From an uncultured bacterium (GTDB taxonomy: Bacteria; Fidelibacterota; Marinisomatia; Marinisomatales; UBA1611): a stretch of DNA of 64,000 bases. Positions 47,211-57,902 of the stretch are shown here, in pieces. The position numbers and the translations under genes are program-made. Position 1 is the first letter of the stretch; each line of letters begins with the position of its first letter. The notes below the pieces were generated by a model. That model searched no databases. It saw only the letters and a program-made list of their open reading frames with translations, and was not told where the DNA came from. Where the stretch lies: positions 256,001 to 320,000 of the forward strand of contig CBFIBM010000001.1 of NCBI GenBank assembly GCA_965660855.1. The letters are read 5' to 3'.

Positions 47211-48960
47211 CTTAGTATCTTTTAAACAATATTTTTTTGTTGTAGTAGTTACTTGGAGTTTAATATTTATTCTTATCCTAAGATATTTCCAATTACAAAT
47301 TTTAGGCTATGACCAATACTCAAAGAAAGCAAATACAAACCGAATCAGAAAAGTTACTTTATCTGCCCCAAGAGGGTTGATATTAGATAGAAATAGACAA
47401 ATTTTAGTAGACAATCAGCCTACTTATATACTAAATACAATACCTGGTGAATTAAAAAATAAAAAAAAGACATTCAATTCAATTTACAAAACAATTGGAA
47501 TTGATACATTATTAGTTGAAAAAAATTATAAAAAATATTTTAGAGGTAAATTTATTCCAACCAGGTTAGCAAAGGATTTATCTTTTGTTCAAATTTCGAA
47601 GCTAGAGGAAAACAGAACTGACCTAAGAGGTTTATATTATCAACAATTTCCAGAAAGATATTTTCCCTCTGAAGCTAGATCTTCACATATTTTGGGCTAT
47701 GTAAAAGAAGTAGATAGAGAAATTAGAAATTCCCTTAAGGAACAAGATGATTACGAATTAGGAGATATTATTGGTTGGAGTGGTTTAGAGAAGAGCTATG
47801 AAGATTATTTAAAAGGAAAAAGAGGTGTTCAATTTTATCAAGTTGATGCATATGGAAGAGAGGCAGGGCTCATAGAGGATCTTAATCCCATATTACCAGA
47901 ACCAGGACAAAATATTTTAACAACCATTGATATTGATATTCAAAAAGTTATTGAAAAGCTGATGGTAGGTAAAAAAGGGGTAGTACTTGTTGGTATTCCA
48001 GAAACTGGCGAGATACTTGGTGCTGTAAGTGCACCAGATTTTGAACCTGATTTATTCACTGGTAGAATCTCTTCAAATGACTGGGGAGTCGTAATCAATG
48101 ATCCTGATAGGCCTTTGGTAAATAGATTTAATACAGGCTTGTACCCTCCTGGATCAATAATGAAAATGATTACTGAATTAGCTTTGCTACAAAACTCTGA
48201 GTTTGATCCAAATAAACCCTATAATTGTGAAGGCTCCTACCAGTTTGGAGATAGAGTATTTGGTTGTTGGAGTATTGAAGGGCATGGGGAAGTTGATCTT
48301 ACAAATGCTATCAGTCAGTCTTGTGATATATATTTTTATAAAACAATTAATAATTATGACTTAGATATATTATCAGAATTATTTAGTTCATTTGGTTTTG
48401 GAAACCCTGTAGGAATTGATATAGAAGGAGAATTAAAAGGTTTGATTCCAACTGTGGATTATATGAATAATCGATATGGAAAATCTGGTTGGAGTAAGGG
48501 CGCGCTATTAAATTTTTGTATTGGACAAGGAGAGATTTTAGTAACACCTATGCAAGTTTTTAATTATACTAATATTTTAGCTACCAAAGGAAAGTCCTTT
48601 CGACCTCATTTTGTAAAATTAAATGCATCAGTTCATAATAAATCCATGGACATAGAACCTAAACATTGGAATAGAATTGTTTCTGACATGGAACAGGTGG
48701 TTATGAATTCTAGCGGTACGGGTAAAAGTGCAAATCCATTGATTAAAAATCTTAAGGTTTTTGGTAAAACTGGAACTGCCGAAAATCCACATGGTAATGA
48801 TCATGCCTGGTTTATTGGATGGATGGAGAAATATGATAAAAAATTTTCAGTTGTTGTTTTACATGAAAATGGTGGTTCAGGTGGAAGTATTGCTGCTCCT
48901 GTTGCAAAAAATATTTTTACTGAGTTGAACAAACTTGTTGTAAAAAGAGACCAAATATGA
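47194..48960 (+). CDS. mrdA: Penicillin-binding protein 2
   Basis: APRGLILDRN, YPPGSIMK (SxxK), SCD, GKTGTAE. Confidence 0.93.
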   Translation: MLKADNLVSFKQYFFVVVVTWSLIFILILRYFQLQILGYDQYSKKANTNRIRKVTLSAPRGLILDRNRQILVDNQPTYILNTIPGELKNKKKTFNSIYKTIGIDTLLVEKNYKKYFRGKFIPTRLAKDLSFVQISKLEENRTDLRGLYYQQFPERYFPSEARSSHILGYVKEVDREIRNSLKEQDDYELGDIIGWSGLEKSYEDYLKGKRGVQFYQVDAYGREAGLIEDLNPILPEPGQNILTTIDIDIQKVIEKLMVGKKGVVLVGIPETGEILGAVSAPDFEPDLFTGRISSNDWGVVINDPDRPLVNRFNTGLYPPGSIMKMITELALLQNSEFDPNKPYNCEGSYQFGDRVFGCWSIEGHGEVDLTNAISQSCDIYFYKTINNYDLDILSELFSSFGFGNPVGIDIEGELKGLIPTVDYMNNRYGKSGWSKGALLNFCIGQGEILVTPMQVFNYTNILATKGKSFRPHFVKLNASVHNKSMDIEPKHWNRIVSDMEQVVMNSSGTGKSANPLIKNLKVFGKTGTAENPHGNDHAWFIGWMEKYDKKFSVVVLHENGGSGGSIAAPVAKNIFTELNKLVVKRDQI

Positions 48961-50186
48961 TTCAAAACAAAAATTTTTCGTACTCTGAGTTACCATTTAA
49001 AATAATATGGTCTGTATTATTTTTATCTTTTATTGGACTAGTTATTCTTTATAGCATATCTCAGAACTATGAAGGTCCCGTTTCATCAAACCCATTTATA
49101 AAACAATTAATGTTTTTAATACCTGCTTTGATATTTGCATTCTTTTTTATACATCTACCAAGGTATACCATACATAAATATTCATATGCTTTTTATTTTA
49201 TTGGAATATTTATTGTTATTATTCCATTTTTTAGTAGTCCACATGCTGGAACCCATAGATGGATAAATATAGGATTACCTTTTTCAATTCAGCCATCTGA
49301 GTTTGCAAAAATATTTACAACAATTGCACTTGCAAGGTATCTATCTGATAATACGTTGCATATGAAAAAGTTTACATCCGTTATTCTTCCAATTGGCCTA
49401 GCATTAATTCCTACAATAATTGTATTAAACCAACCAGATTTAGGAACTTCTATCGTAATGATGACACCAATTTTACCTATGTTATACTGGGCTGGTGCAA
49501 GACCTTTTTATTTGTTTTTAATGTTGGCACCTATATTTAGTATGCTTACGGCTTTTAATACCTTAGTTTTTAGCATATGGGCTTTATTTTTGGGTTTATT
49601 CATAGTTATGGCAAGACCTGTTTTATTTATTTCATTAATATTATTTTTCGGAAATATTTTCTTAGGCCTACTTTCCCCATTAGTATGGAATTCGCTGTCC
49701 ACATATCAACAAAATAGAATTTTAACCTTCATTAATCCTGAAAAAGATCCCTTGGGTGCAGCATATCAAATTATACAAAGTAAAACAGCTATTGGATCTG
49801 GTGGTTTATTTGGAAAAGGTTGGGGAGAGGGTACTCAAACACACTTGAAGTTCCTTCCAGTTCAAGAATCTGATTTCATATTATCCGTGCTTGGTGAAGA
49901 AATGGGTTTTGTATTAATCCTTGCTGTATTACTAACCGTAGGATTTATGATATCCCAAATCTTAAAAAGCTCTTTTGAGTCCAAAGATAGGTTCTCCAGC
50001 TTAGCTCTTATTGGAATTGCTACTATTCTTTTAGCTCATGTTTTTGTTAATACTGCGATGACTGTAGGCCTTATTCCGGTTAAAGGTTTGCCTTTTCCTT
50101 TCATTTCCGCTGGTGGATCTTTTTTGTTTACTTCTTTTATCATGATAGGCTTGGTTTCAAAACTTTCAATTAATTATACAGATTGA
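48957..50186 (+). CDS. rodA: SEDS peptidoglycan polymerase RodA
   Basis: IQPSEFAK, QPDLGT, QSKTAIGSGG, GLPFPFISAGGS. Confidence 0.95.
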   Translation: MIQNKNFSYSELPFKIIWSVLFLSFIGLVILYSISQNYEGPVSSNPFIKQLMFLIPALIFAFFFIHLPRYTIHKYSYAFYFIGIFIVIIPFFSSPHAGTHRWINIGLPFSIQPSEFAKIFTTIALARYLSDNTLHMKKFTSVILPIGLALIPTIIVLNQPDLGTSIVMMTPILPMLYWAGARPFYLFLMLAPIFSMLTAFNTLVFSIWALFLGLFIVMARPVLFISLILFFGNIFLGLLSPLVWNSLSTYQQNRILTFINPEKDPLGAAYQIIQSKTAIGSGGLFGKGWGEGTQTHLKFLPVQESDFILSVLGEEMGFVLILAVLLTVGFMISQILKSSFESKDRFSSLALIGIATILLAHVFVNTAMTVGLIPVKGLPFPFISAGGSFLFTSFIMIGLVSKLSINYTD

Positions 50187-50258
50187 TAAACTTATTTGAT
50201 GAACATCTCTATGGAGATAAATTCAAATATTATAAATAGGAGGTTTTTCGTATTTACA

Positions 50259-51077
50259 ATGAATAATTATAAATGTTTTTTTCAAATAATCCCATTTTTC
50301 CTACTTTTAATAAGTGTCTCCTTTGGTCAAACAAAAGATTCGTCCAGAGAACTCAAGCGATTAAATGCTAAAATAGATAGAGTCAGGGTTATGGTTGACT
50401 CACTAGAGCTAGATAATCAGATTCTTCTTCCTGAATTGATGAGTGCATTTAAACAAGCAGTGAAAAGTAAAGCTCAGCAAGATTCGATAACCTTAGTTCT
50501 TTTAAAAAGAATCAATACCCTTAGTAATAAAATTTCAAAACTTGAAAACCAATCAAGATACATGGATAGTACAAGTCTTGAAATTTTCAACAAACTTGTA
50601 CTTGTTGATAATAAAATTGTCACACTAACCAATAGTTATAATGAAATGGCTAAATTGAAATCAGGAAACCCAATATCATCAGAGCCAAAATTTAATAGTG
50701 CAGAATATAAAAATACTTACATGGAGAGTTTGTCGCATTTTCAAAATCAAGAGTTTGCAGATGCTATAATAGGTTTTGAGAAATTAGTTTCTGCTGATGC
50801 TACAAATGACCTTGCAGATAATAGTCAATACTGGCTTGCTGAGTGTTTTTACTCCCAAAAAGATTTTAAGCGTGCCATCATTGAATTCGAAAAAGTCTTT
50901 ACCTATGCAGGAACAGATAAAGATGACGACGCTCAATTGAAGATTGGTTTATCTTACCAAAGTATCGGTAATGTAAATAAAGCTAAAGAAGAATTTCAAA
51001 GACTAGTCGATTATTTTCCTGGAAGTGAATACTATCCAAAAGCTAAAGAAGCACTTAAACAACTTTCCCTAAACTAG
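50259..51077 (+). CDS. CpoB/YbgF-like periplasmic coiled-coil + TPR protein
   Basis: Signal peptide, coiled coil, LADNSQYWLAE, DDAQLKIG, LVDYFPGS. Start chosen after AGGAGG (ORF track starts at 50196). Confidence 0.75.
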   Translation: MNNYKCFFQIIPFFLLLISVSFGQTKDSSRELKRLNAKIDRVRVMVDSLELDNQILLPELMSAFKQAVKSKAQQDSITLVLLKRINTLSNKISKLENQSRYMDSTSLEIFNKLVLVDNKIVTLTNSYNEMAKLKSGNPISSEPKFNSAEYKNTYMESLSHFQNQEFADAIIGFEKLVSADATNDLADNSQYWLAECFYSQKDFKRAIIEFEKVFTYAGTDKDDDAQLKIGLSYQSIGNVNKAKEEFQRLVDYFPGSEYYPKAKEALKQLSLN

Positions 51078-51094
51078 AATACCCACGGACTAAA

Positions 51095-51925
51095 ATGTCA
51101 AAAAAACTTTATTTTCTAACAACGGAAATCATTCCATTTGCTGATGTGTCCTCTTTAGCACAGTTCTCAACAAAAATTCCCTTAGCGTTACAAGAAAAAG
51201 GGCATGATATTAGGACTATCATCCCAAAATATGGATATGTTAGCGAAAGAAAGTATATCTTGCGAGAGGTGATTAGATTAAGAGAAATCCCCTTTGAATT
51301 TAATGGCGAAGAGAGAATTGCAAGTGCTAAGAGCGCGTTTATACCTAAAACAAGAGTTCAAGTTTATTTTTTAGAGGATGAAGAATGGTTTAAACCGCTA
51401 ACAAATTTAATTTATAAAGCAAAAAATGGCAGAGTTTTGGCGGATAATGGTCAACGATATGCATACTTTGCAAAAGCTGTATTGAGTACTTTGCCACATT
51501 TATTTTGGTCACCGGATATATTTATTTGTAATGGATGGCAAAGTGCTATGGTTCCAGGGATGTTTAATAGGCACTTTGAAGGTATTAGTGATTTCTATAA
51601 TGACATAAAAACTATAATGATTATTCATGATTTAGATGAGTATTCTACCGTTTCTCGCAATGATTTAGAAAAAGCTGAATTACCAGTGCATAAATCACTA
51701 AAAGGTGATGATTTAGATCTTTATGATGTTGCATCTTATGAGGTTGATGCAATTATAATTATGGATAAACCTTCAAAATGTATTTCAAAAACCTTGCTTA
51801 AGCAGCAAGGTTTAAAAGCTAATAAAAGTAAAGTTTCAGTTCTTAGCTATTCTGATGATGAATTTCCTAACTATTTAGAATTAGGAAATGAAGTTGAAGA
51901 AGTTTTAAAGAAACTTTCAGAATAA
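51095..51925 (+). CDS. Glycogen/starch synthase N-terminal (Glyco_transf_5) domain-only protein
   Basis: EIIPF, GHDIRTIIPKYG, EVIRL, QVYFL, DNGQR..YF, PDIFICNGWQSA. No C-terminal GT-B domain. Confidence 0.8.
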   Translation: MSKKLYFLTTEIIPFADVSSLAQFSTKIPLALQEKGHDIRTIIPKYGYVSERKYILREVIRLREIPFEFNGEERIASAKSAFIPKTRVQVYFLEDEEWFKPLTNLIYKAKNGRVLADNGQRYAYFAKAVLSTLPHLFWSPDIFICNGWQSAMVPGMFNRHFEGISDFYNDIKTIMIIHDLDEYSTVSRNDLEKAELPVHKSLKGDDLDLYDVASYEVDAIIIMDKPSKCISKTLLKQQGLKANKSKVSVLSYSDDEFPNYLELGNEVEEVLKKLSE

Positions 51926-51942
51926 AATTTAGTTATTAAAAT

Positions 51943-53175
51943 ATGAAAGTAATTTGTTTTAATTGGCTATTAAGTCTATCCTTTATATTTCTAACAATAT
52001 TAAGTTTGAATTGTTCTGATGATCCTGTCTTGTCATCGCTTGATAATTCGTTACTTCAATTGGATACACTCTCCATCAGTAGTATTGATATTGAAAATTA
52101 TACGGTATACCCTAATATTGGTCTTAATAGTAAGTTATATTTAGGAACAAAAAATCATATAGAGGCCCCATATATCTTTATAAAAATGACTAACCCGAGT
52201 CCTGTTAATTACTGGGATATATTAAATGATACCAATGTAACTATAGATAGTATTAGGTTTATGGTATTCTCTGAAGATAGCACCTTAAGTGAAAACTCTT
52301 TTCCTAACTTGTATTATTCTCCAGATTCACATTTCAATGAAAACACTAGTACTTATCTAGATTTTGAAAACTTTTCATTTCCAAATTGGTTAGATATAGG
52401 CGCACCTTCATTAATAGAAGAGCTTGATGACTCTAGTAACTTTATTAATGCTAAACTAGTTTGGTCCTTGGATAGCTTTAAAACTGCATTCTATGATACG
52501 TTAGATTCAAATTTTACAAGAACTTTTGGAATGCAATTTCCTTCATCTGATTCAAATTTCATTCAATTATATAGCGAAGAGGCAGGGTATCAAACCACAG
52601 ATCCAAAAGTTCTTATTTATTATCGATTTGAAACAATAAGTAATGATACTATCTTATTGGATACAACCTTTAGGACTATTTATTCTGCAAGCGATATCTC
52701 TATAATCAAATTAAATCAGAATTTGGTTGATACTACTAAAATTTGTATCAGTAATGGACTAGGACAAAGAGCAAAAGTTTATGCTTCAATTTCTGGTGAA
52801 TTACTTCCTAGCGGATCTCTGGTAAAATCTGCAAATTTAATCTTACCGATAGATAGTATAAAAAGTGAAATTAACTATAGATTAATACTAGATCCAATTA
52901 AGATTGATTCATCTAATTCTGATCCTTATAATATTTATCTAGAAGACCCGTATGAATCGTATGGCTTCCCATACAGAATCTCAAATTTGACAACAGATTC
53001 TACTTTTACTGTCTCAATTAAAGAATATATACAAAATCTGTTACTTGATAACGTTAGTAGCTTAGGATTTAAAATTATTGCAGATGAAAATAATGACCCT
53101 TTTGAATCTACCTGGCTAAAAATTTCTGAAAATACCATTAAACCTAAAATAAAAATTATTTATGTTAAAAATTAA
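51943..53175 (+). CDS. Lipoprotein (DUF4270-like by context)
   Basis: Lipobox SLNC-SDD, internally repeated 'S.E....PK..IYY' ends, and a position after the short glgA-like gene as in Bacteroidota. Confidence 0.55.
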   Translation: MKVICFNWLLSLSFIFLTILSLNCSDDPVLSSLDNSLLQLDTLSISSIDIENYTVYPNIGLNSKLYLGTKNHIEAPYIFIKMTNPSPVNYWDILNDTNVTIDSIRFMVFSEDSTLSENSFPNLYYSPDSHFNENTSTYLDFENFSFPNWLDIGAPSLIEELDDSSNFINAKLVWSLDSFKTAFYDTLDSNFTRTFGMQFPSSDSNFIQLYSEEAGYQTTDPKVLIYYRFETISNDTILLDTTFRTIYSASDISIIKLNQNLVDTTKICISNGLGQRAKVYASISGELLPSGSLVKSANLILPIDSIKSEINYRLILDPIKIDSSNSDPYNIYLEDPYESYGFPYRISNLTTDSTFTVSIKEYIQNLLLDNVSSLGFKIIADENNDPFESTWLKISENTIKPKIKIIYVKN

Positions 53176-54433
53176 TTTTCTTTTCTTTTTAATATTTTTC
53201 TTTAACTTTGTTTTAAGTCAAGGTATTACTAATGGATTTGGGGTTGGAAGTCTTTCTTCATTTAATGGAGCATATAATGCAACAGCCGGGTTGACTGAAT
53301 TAGTACCTTCCTTTCAAAAAGGGGTTTCTGTAACGAATCCAATAACTTGGAAAAACTTAAGGTTTACTTACTTATCAGTGTCATACGGATACTCTATTGC
53401 AAATTTGAATAATTCATTAGCGATTAATGAATTTTCAAATTTATCAAATATTTCATGGATAATACCGATAAAATCAAAGACAGCCATTGGATTATCATTA
53501 TCTCCTTACAGCAATCAAAAAATTAATGTAGCATCAAAAGATACATTAATTTTTTCAGCTTTTGATGATACTTTGAAAACAAGCAATAAAATAGAAAGGT
53601 ACGGTGGAATAATGTCATTTAAAGTTGGTGGATCTAGACAAGTCAGCGATAAACTAACATTTGGGACTCAATTTAACTTTTTATTTGGATCCAGTAGATA
53701 TGATGAAATAATACAGTTTGATTTTAGTCCTTCAGTTGTAATAAATACACGACATAGGTACACTGGACTCTTAAATGCTAATTATTTAGGTTTTAAATTC
53801 AATGAAAAACTTAATTTTTATGGGAAATATTCTTTTCCATTAAACGCCCTAAACGTAGCAGTTCTTAGTAGACCAATATATGAAGATGTAAATGGAAATA
53901 ACTATCATGATTATTCAACTCAGCAGGATTTTCCGCACCCTGATAGTGTCATTGTTTCTAATGAGGATAGGCTAGATGGAATACACAAGCCTACTGAATA
54001 TCTATTTGCAATTGAGTATAAATTGAATAATAGGTCATTTATATCTACTGAAATTATTCAATTTAATGATTTTGGAAATTATAATCTTATTAAAGTTCCA
54101 ATGAATAATTCAATTTCTAAACTGGATATTCAAAGGCTTCAGCTTATCCGTTTTAGTGATGAATTGAGTTTAAAATTCATTGATAAATTTATTTCTAGAA
54201 TTGGAGTGCAAATGAAAACTGTAGTTTTAGATAAAAACCAATCAGAAATAAAAGAGAGGTCTGTATCTCTTGGTTTTGGGTTCAAGTTTAAAAAAATGGG
54301 AAATCAGATTGATCTTAATTATTATTTTGGAAATAGAGTTTATAAAAACATTCAAAATGAAGAAATCTTTCAACAATTTCAGCTGAGTACCAGCCTTGCT
54401 GATTTATGGTTTGTAAAAAGGAGACAGAAATAA
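53162..54433 (+). CDS. Outer-membrane beta-barrel protein (FadL/OmpP1-like)
   Basis: Signal peptide, FGVG, NP..W, amphipathic strands, SLGFGF, C-terminal WFVKRR. Confidence 0.6.
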   Translation: MLKINFLFFLIFFFNFVLSQGITNGFGVGSLSSFNGAYNATAGLTELVPSFQKGVSVTNPITWKNLRFTYLSVSYGYSIANLNNSLAINEFSNLSNISWIIPIKSKTAIGLSLSPYSNQKINVASKDTLIFSAFDDTLKTSNKIERYGGIMSFKVGGSRQVSDKLTFGTQFNFLFGSSRYDEIIQFDFSPSVVINTRHRYTGLLNANYLGFKFNEKLNFYGKYSFPLNALNVAVLSRPIYEDVNGNNYHDYSTQQDFPHPDSVIVSNEDRLDGIHKPTEYLFAIEYKLNNRSFISTEIIQFNDFGNYNLIKVPMNNSISKLDIQRLQLIRFSDELSLKFIDKFISRIGVQMKTVVLDKNQSEIKERSVSLGFGFKFKKMGNQIDLNYYFGNRVYKNIQNEEIFQQFQLSTSLADLWFVKRRQK

Positions 54434-54434
54434 A

Positions 54435-55709
54435 ATGAATTTGAAAAAGGTAGTAATAACAATTTTTGGGATAACAATGATCTACATGTGTGTCCCTCCA
54501 GATGAAGGTTCAAGTCAATCTGCTGCAGATAAAGCAAAGTTAGATTCTTTAAGAAAAGTACGTTGCCCAAGATTAATGAGCAGCGCTGCAGAATATTATA
54601 GAAATAGAGATTGGAAACAAACCGTTAGAATATACAAGGAAATTACCTCACTTAATTGTGATGAATGGAACCCTATATATGCACCACCCCAAGAAATTTA
54701 TCAATACTATGCGATTGCTTATGAGCAGATGGGAAGGTTTGATAGCTCTGAATATGTTTTACTTGATGGTTTACAAAAATTGCCTAACAATGTGGAGCTA
54801 AGAAAAAGGCTAGCATATTCATTTAAAAAACAAGGAAAGTTTGATCAAGAGATTATTGAATATGAAAGAATGATCGAAATGGCCCCTAACGATTTAGCTG
54901 TGATGAATGATTTATCTAAACTTTACAAAGAATATAATCGTTTTGATGATCAGATTTTTGTTCTTGAAAAAATTCTTAAACTTGATGGAAATAATGAAAT
55001 AGCACAGAGTGAATTAGCAATGGCATTCGAATCCAGCGGTAGGGATCCATTGGATGTTTACAGAAAAAGATATGATGATAACCCTGATAACCTTAGCTAT
55101 GGTCTAGATTACGCTGATAGGTTAATACAGGTGGACCGTCAAGAAGATGCGATTCCAATATTAACTGAAGTTATCAATCAAGACCCTAGTAGTAAACTTG
55201 CCTACAGGAGGCTGGGTGAAGCTAACAAATCAATTGATCAATTAAAAAAAGCAGCTTCTGCATATGAAGAATTATTCAAAATTGATCCTAGAGACATTAG
55301 AGTTGCGATAAGTATCTCTGATATATACCTTGATGATAATGATTATAGACTAGCTCTCAAATGGGCAGATAAAGCTTCTAACTTAGATAACTCATCTGGA
55401 GATGGTTATGGTCAAAAAGGAAAAGTCTATTACTATGGGTGGGAAAATTTCAGACAAAATCCTTTTACAATTGATGATCGTATTGTTGCGAAATTAGCAT
55501 TTGATTATTTTATTAAAGCGGAGAAAAAAGGATTTAATGGTTATTCTAAAAGTTCTTGGCTTGATGAAAATGCAAAAGATATTTTGTACGGAAAAGCTCA
55601 GTGGTTTATGGCAACCGATAAGGTGAAAAGAACAAGGAGTATATCGACTTCAACCGCCAATTATGATTGGGTAACCGAATCTTTAAAAGCTGAGAGCAAC
55701 TGGAAATAA
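54435..55709 (+). CDS. TPR-repeat (lipo)protein
   Basis: Short signal ending YMC, followed by multiple TPR-like helix pairs. Confidence 0.75.
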   Translation: MNLKKVVITIFGITMIYMCVPPDEGSSQSAADKAKLDSLRKVRCPRLMSSAAEYYRNRDWKQTVRIYKEITSLNCDEWNPIYAPPQEIYQYYAIAYEQMGRFDSSEYVLLDGLQKLPNNVELRKRLAYSFKKQGKFDQEIIEYERMIEMAPNDLAVMNDLSKLYKEYNRFDDQIFVLEKILKLDGNNEIAQSELAMAFESSGRDPLDVYRKRYDDNPDNLSYGLDYADRLIQVDRQEDAIPILTEVINQDPSSKLAYRRLGEANKSIDQLKKAASAYEELFKIDPRDIRVAISISDIYLDDNDYRLALKWADKASNLDNSSGDGYGQKGKVYYYGWENFRQNPFTIDDRIVAKLAFDYFIKAEKKGFNGYSKSSWLDENAKDILYGKAQWFMATDKVKRTRSISTSTANYDWVTESLKAESNWK

Positions 55710-55713
55710 TAAT

Positions 55714-57003
55714 ATGTCTTACATTAAAAAATCTGACCCTGAGTTATTTGATATTTTAGAGCAAGAGCTAAATCGTGAAGAGAGCACTATTGAATTAATT
55801 GCTTCTGAAAATTTTACCAGCCAAGCTATTATGGAAATGACAGGTGGTGTAATGACAAATAAATATGCAGAAGGTTATCCAGGGAAAAGATATTATGGTG
55901 GTTGTGAAGTAGTGGATCAAGCTGAGAATATTGCCAGAGATCGGTTAAAAACCTTGTTTAATGCTGAATATGTTAATGTTCAACCTCATTCTGGATCTCA
56001 AGCAAACATGGCAGTTTTTATGACCTTCTTAAGCCCAGGTGATACAGTTTTAGGGTTAGACTTAGCTCATGGAGGCCATCTTACTCATGGTAGTCATGTC
56101 AATTTTTCGGGTCAATTATATAATTTCATTTCGTATCATGTTGATAAAGACACTGGTAGAGTAGATTTTAATGAGGTAAAAAAATTAGCTAAAGAAAATA
56201 AACCTAAATTAATAATTTGTGGTGGTAGTGCATATCCAAGGTTCGTGGAGTTTGAAAACTTTAGGGAAATCGCAAATGAAGTAAATGCATTTTTAATGGC
56301 TGATGTTGCTCATCCAAGTGGGCTAATTGCTGGAGGAGTACATCCTTCTCCAATCCCTCATTGTGATGTTGTAACTAGTACAACACATAAAACTCTCCGC
56401 GGTCCAAGAGGTGGTATTATTATGATGGGAAAAGATTTTGAAAACCCTTGGGGAAAAATTGCTCCTAAATCCGGAAGAGTAAAACAAGTATCTGAATTGT
56501 TGGATACTACAGTAATGCCTGGAATACAAGGTGGGCCATTAATGCATGTTATAGCCGCAAAAGCAATTGCTTTTGGTGAAGCCTTAAAGCCTGATTTTAA
56601 AGTTTACACTAAAAATGTTGTAGAAAACGCAAAAATAATGTCAGAAGAATTTATCAAAATGGGCTATAATTTAGTTTCTGGTGGAACAGATACTCATGTT
56701 ATGCTTATTGATCTTTCGAATAAGCATATTAATGGTAAACAAGCTGAGATTGCACTTGGAAATGCTGGAATTGCTTTAAATAAAAATATGGTTCCTTTTG
56801 ATACCAGGAGTCCTTTTGTAACTAGTGGTATTCGAATCGGAACTCCTGCAATTACTACGAGAGGGATGGGTAAAGATGAAATGAAACAAATTACTTCTTG
56901 GATAGATTTAGTTATTAAAAATCCTGAAAATGAAACTATTTTAAAATCTGTAAAAAAAGATGTGAACTCCCTCTGTCAAAACTTTCAAATTTATCATCAT
57001 TAA
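55714..57003 (+). CDS. glyA: Serine hydroxymethyltransferase
   Basis: [42 protein letters not shown]. Confidence 0.98.
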   Translation: MSYIKKSDPELFDILEQELNREESTIELIASENFTSQAIMEMTGGVMTNKYAEGYPGKRYYGGCEVVDQAENIARDRLKTLFNAEYVNVQPHSGSQANMAVFMTFLSPGDTVLGLDLAHGGHLTHGSHVNFSGQLYNFISYHVDKDTGRVDFNEVKKLAKENKPKLIICGGSAYPRFVEFENFREIANEVNAFLMADVAHPSGLIAGGVHPSPIPHCDVVTSTTHKTLRGPRGGIIMMGKDFENPWGKIAPKSGRVKQVSELLDTTVMPGIQGGPLMHVIAAKAIAFGEALKPDFKVYTKNVVENAKIMSEEFIKMGYNLVSGGTDTHVMLIDLSNKHINGKQAEIALGNAGIALNKNMVPFDTRSPFVTSGIRIGTPAITTRGMGKDEMKQITSWIDLVIKNPENETILKSVKKDVNSLCQNFQIYHH

Positions 57004-57019
57004 ATCATTTTAGAATAAG

Positions 57020-57859
57020 ATGAAGATGAACTCTTATCATTATATCTTGTTTCTTTTTTTAATTGTTAGCTGCTCACCGACAAAAGTTTTAATAAAACAT
57101 GATAAGATATTATCTTTTTATTTTGAAAATAAAATTTCAATGGTAGATAAAAAGAAAAATAAAACCAAAATAGATAAAAATTCTTTGTTAAAATTAAATG
57201 TGGAGTATGGTTTTGGTGTTTTGATGGAAAAAAGCGATAGAATTATCTTTGAGGATTATTCTGAGGGATTAAAAAGTTATAAAAAAGCAAAAGAGTATTT
57301 TGGCCATGCTAGAATTATTGGAATAGAATTGCTATCTGAAAAATATAGTTCTTTTGACAAATGGCTATTAGGTGATGTTGAAATAGAATTTGAACAAAAA
57401 GATGTTGAAAATCTTTATTGGCTTATGGCTGCATATTCAGGTTCTATCTCATCAAGTAGAGGTGACCCTTTTGAATTAATAAATATCCCTGTCGTTGAAA
57501 AGCTTTTACAAACATGTATGAAATTAGATTCTGATTGGAATAATGGAGCATTATATAGTGCTTTGATGAGTTATACATCTATAAGAACAGATTTGAATGA
57601 AGAAAATAAAATAGATACTATAACTTTTTATTTCAATAAGGCATTAACTTATTCAGATAGTCTAGATGCTAGCTTATATGTTAGTTATTCCGAACTTGTT
57701 CACAAACCTAACTTAGAAAAAGAGCTTTTTTTAGAAAAACTAAATATAGCTAAAAGAATAAAAGTAGTGAAAAAAAATAGATATTATTTAACTAATTTCA
57801 TCGCACAAAAAAGAGCAAGATGGTTAATTTCTAATATAGATGAATATTTTTTAGATTAA
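57020..57859 (+). CDS. TRAP transporter TatT-like lipoprotein
   Basis: Lipobox IVSC, helical, LYW..A..G..I and N.IAQKRARWL C-terminus; directly upstream of dctP. Confidence 0.75.
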   Translation: MKMNSYHYILFLFLIVSCSPTKVLIKHDKILSFYFENKISMVDKKKNKTKIDKNSLLKLNVEYGFGVLMEKSDRIIFEDYSEGLKSYKKAKEYFGHARIIGIELLSEKYSSFDKWLLGDVEIEFEQKDVENLYWLMAAYSGSISSSRGDPFELINIPVVEKLLQTCMKLDSDWNNGALYSALMSYTSIRTDLNEENKIDTITFYFNKALTYSDSLDASLYVSYSELVHKPNLEKELFLEKLNIAKRIKVVKKNRYYLTNFIAQKRARWLISNIDEYFLD

Positions 57860-57902
57860 CTGCGATATTTTTAATTTTATTTTTTAAACTACATAAAAAG
57901 AT

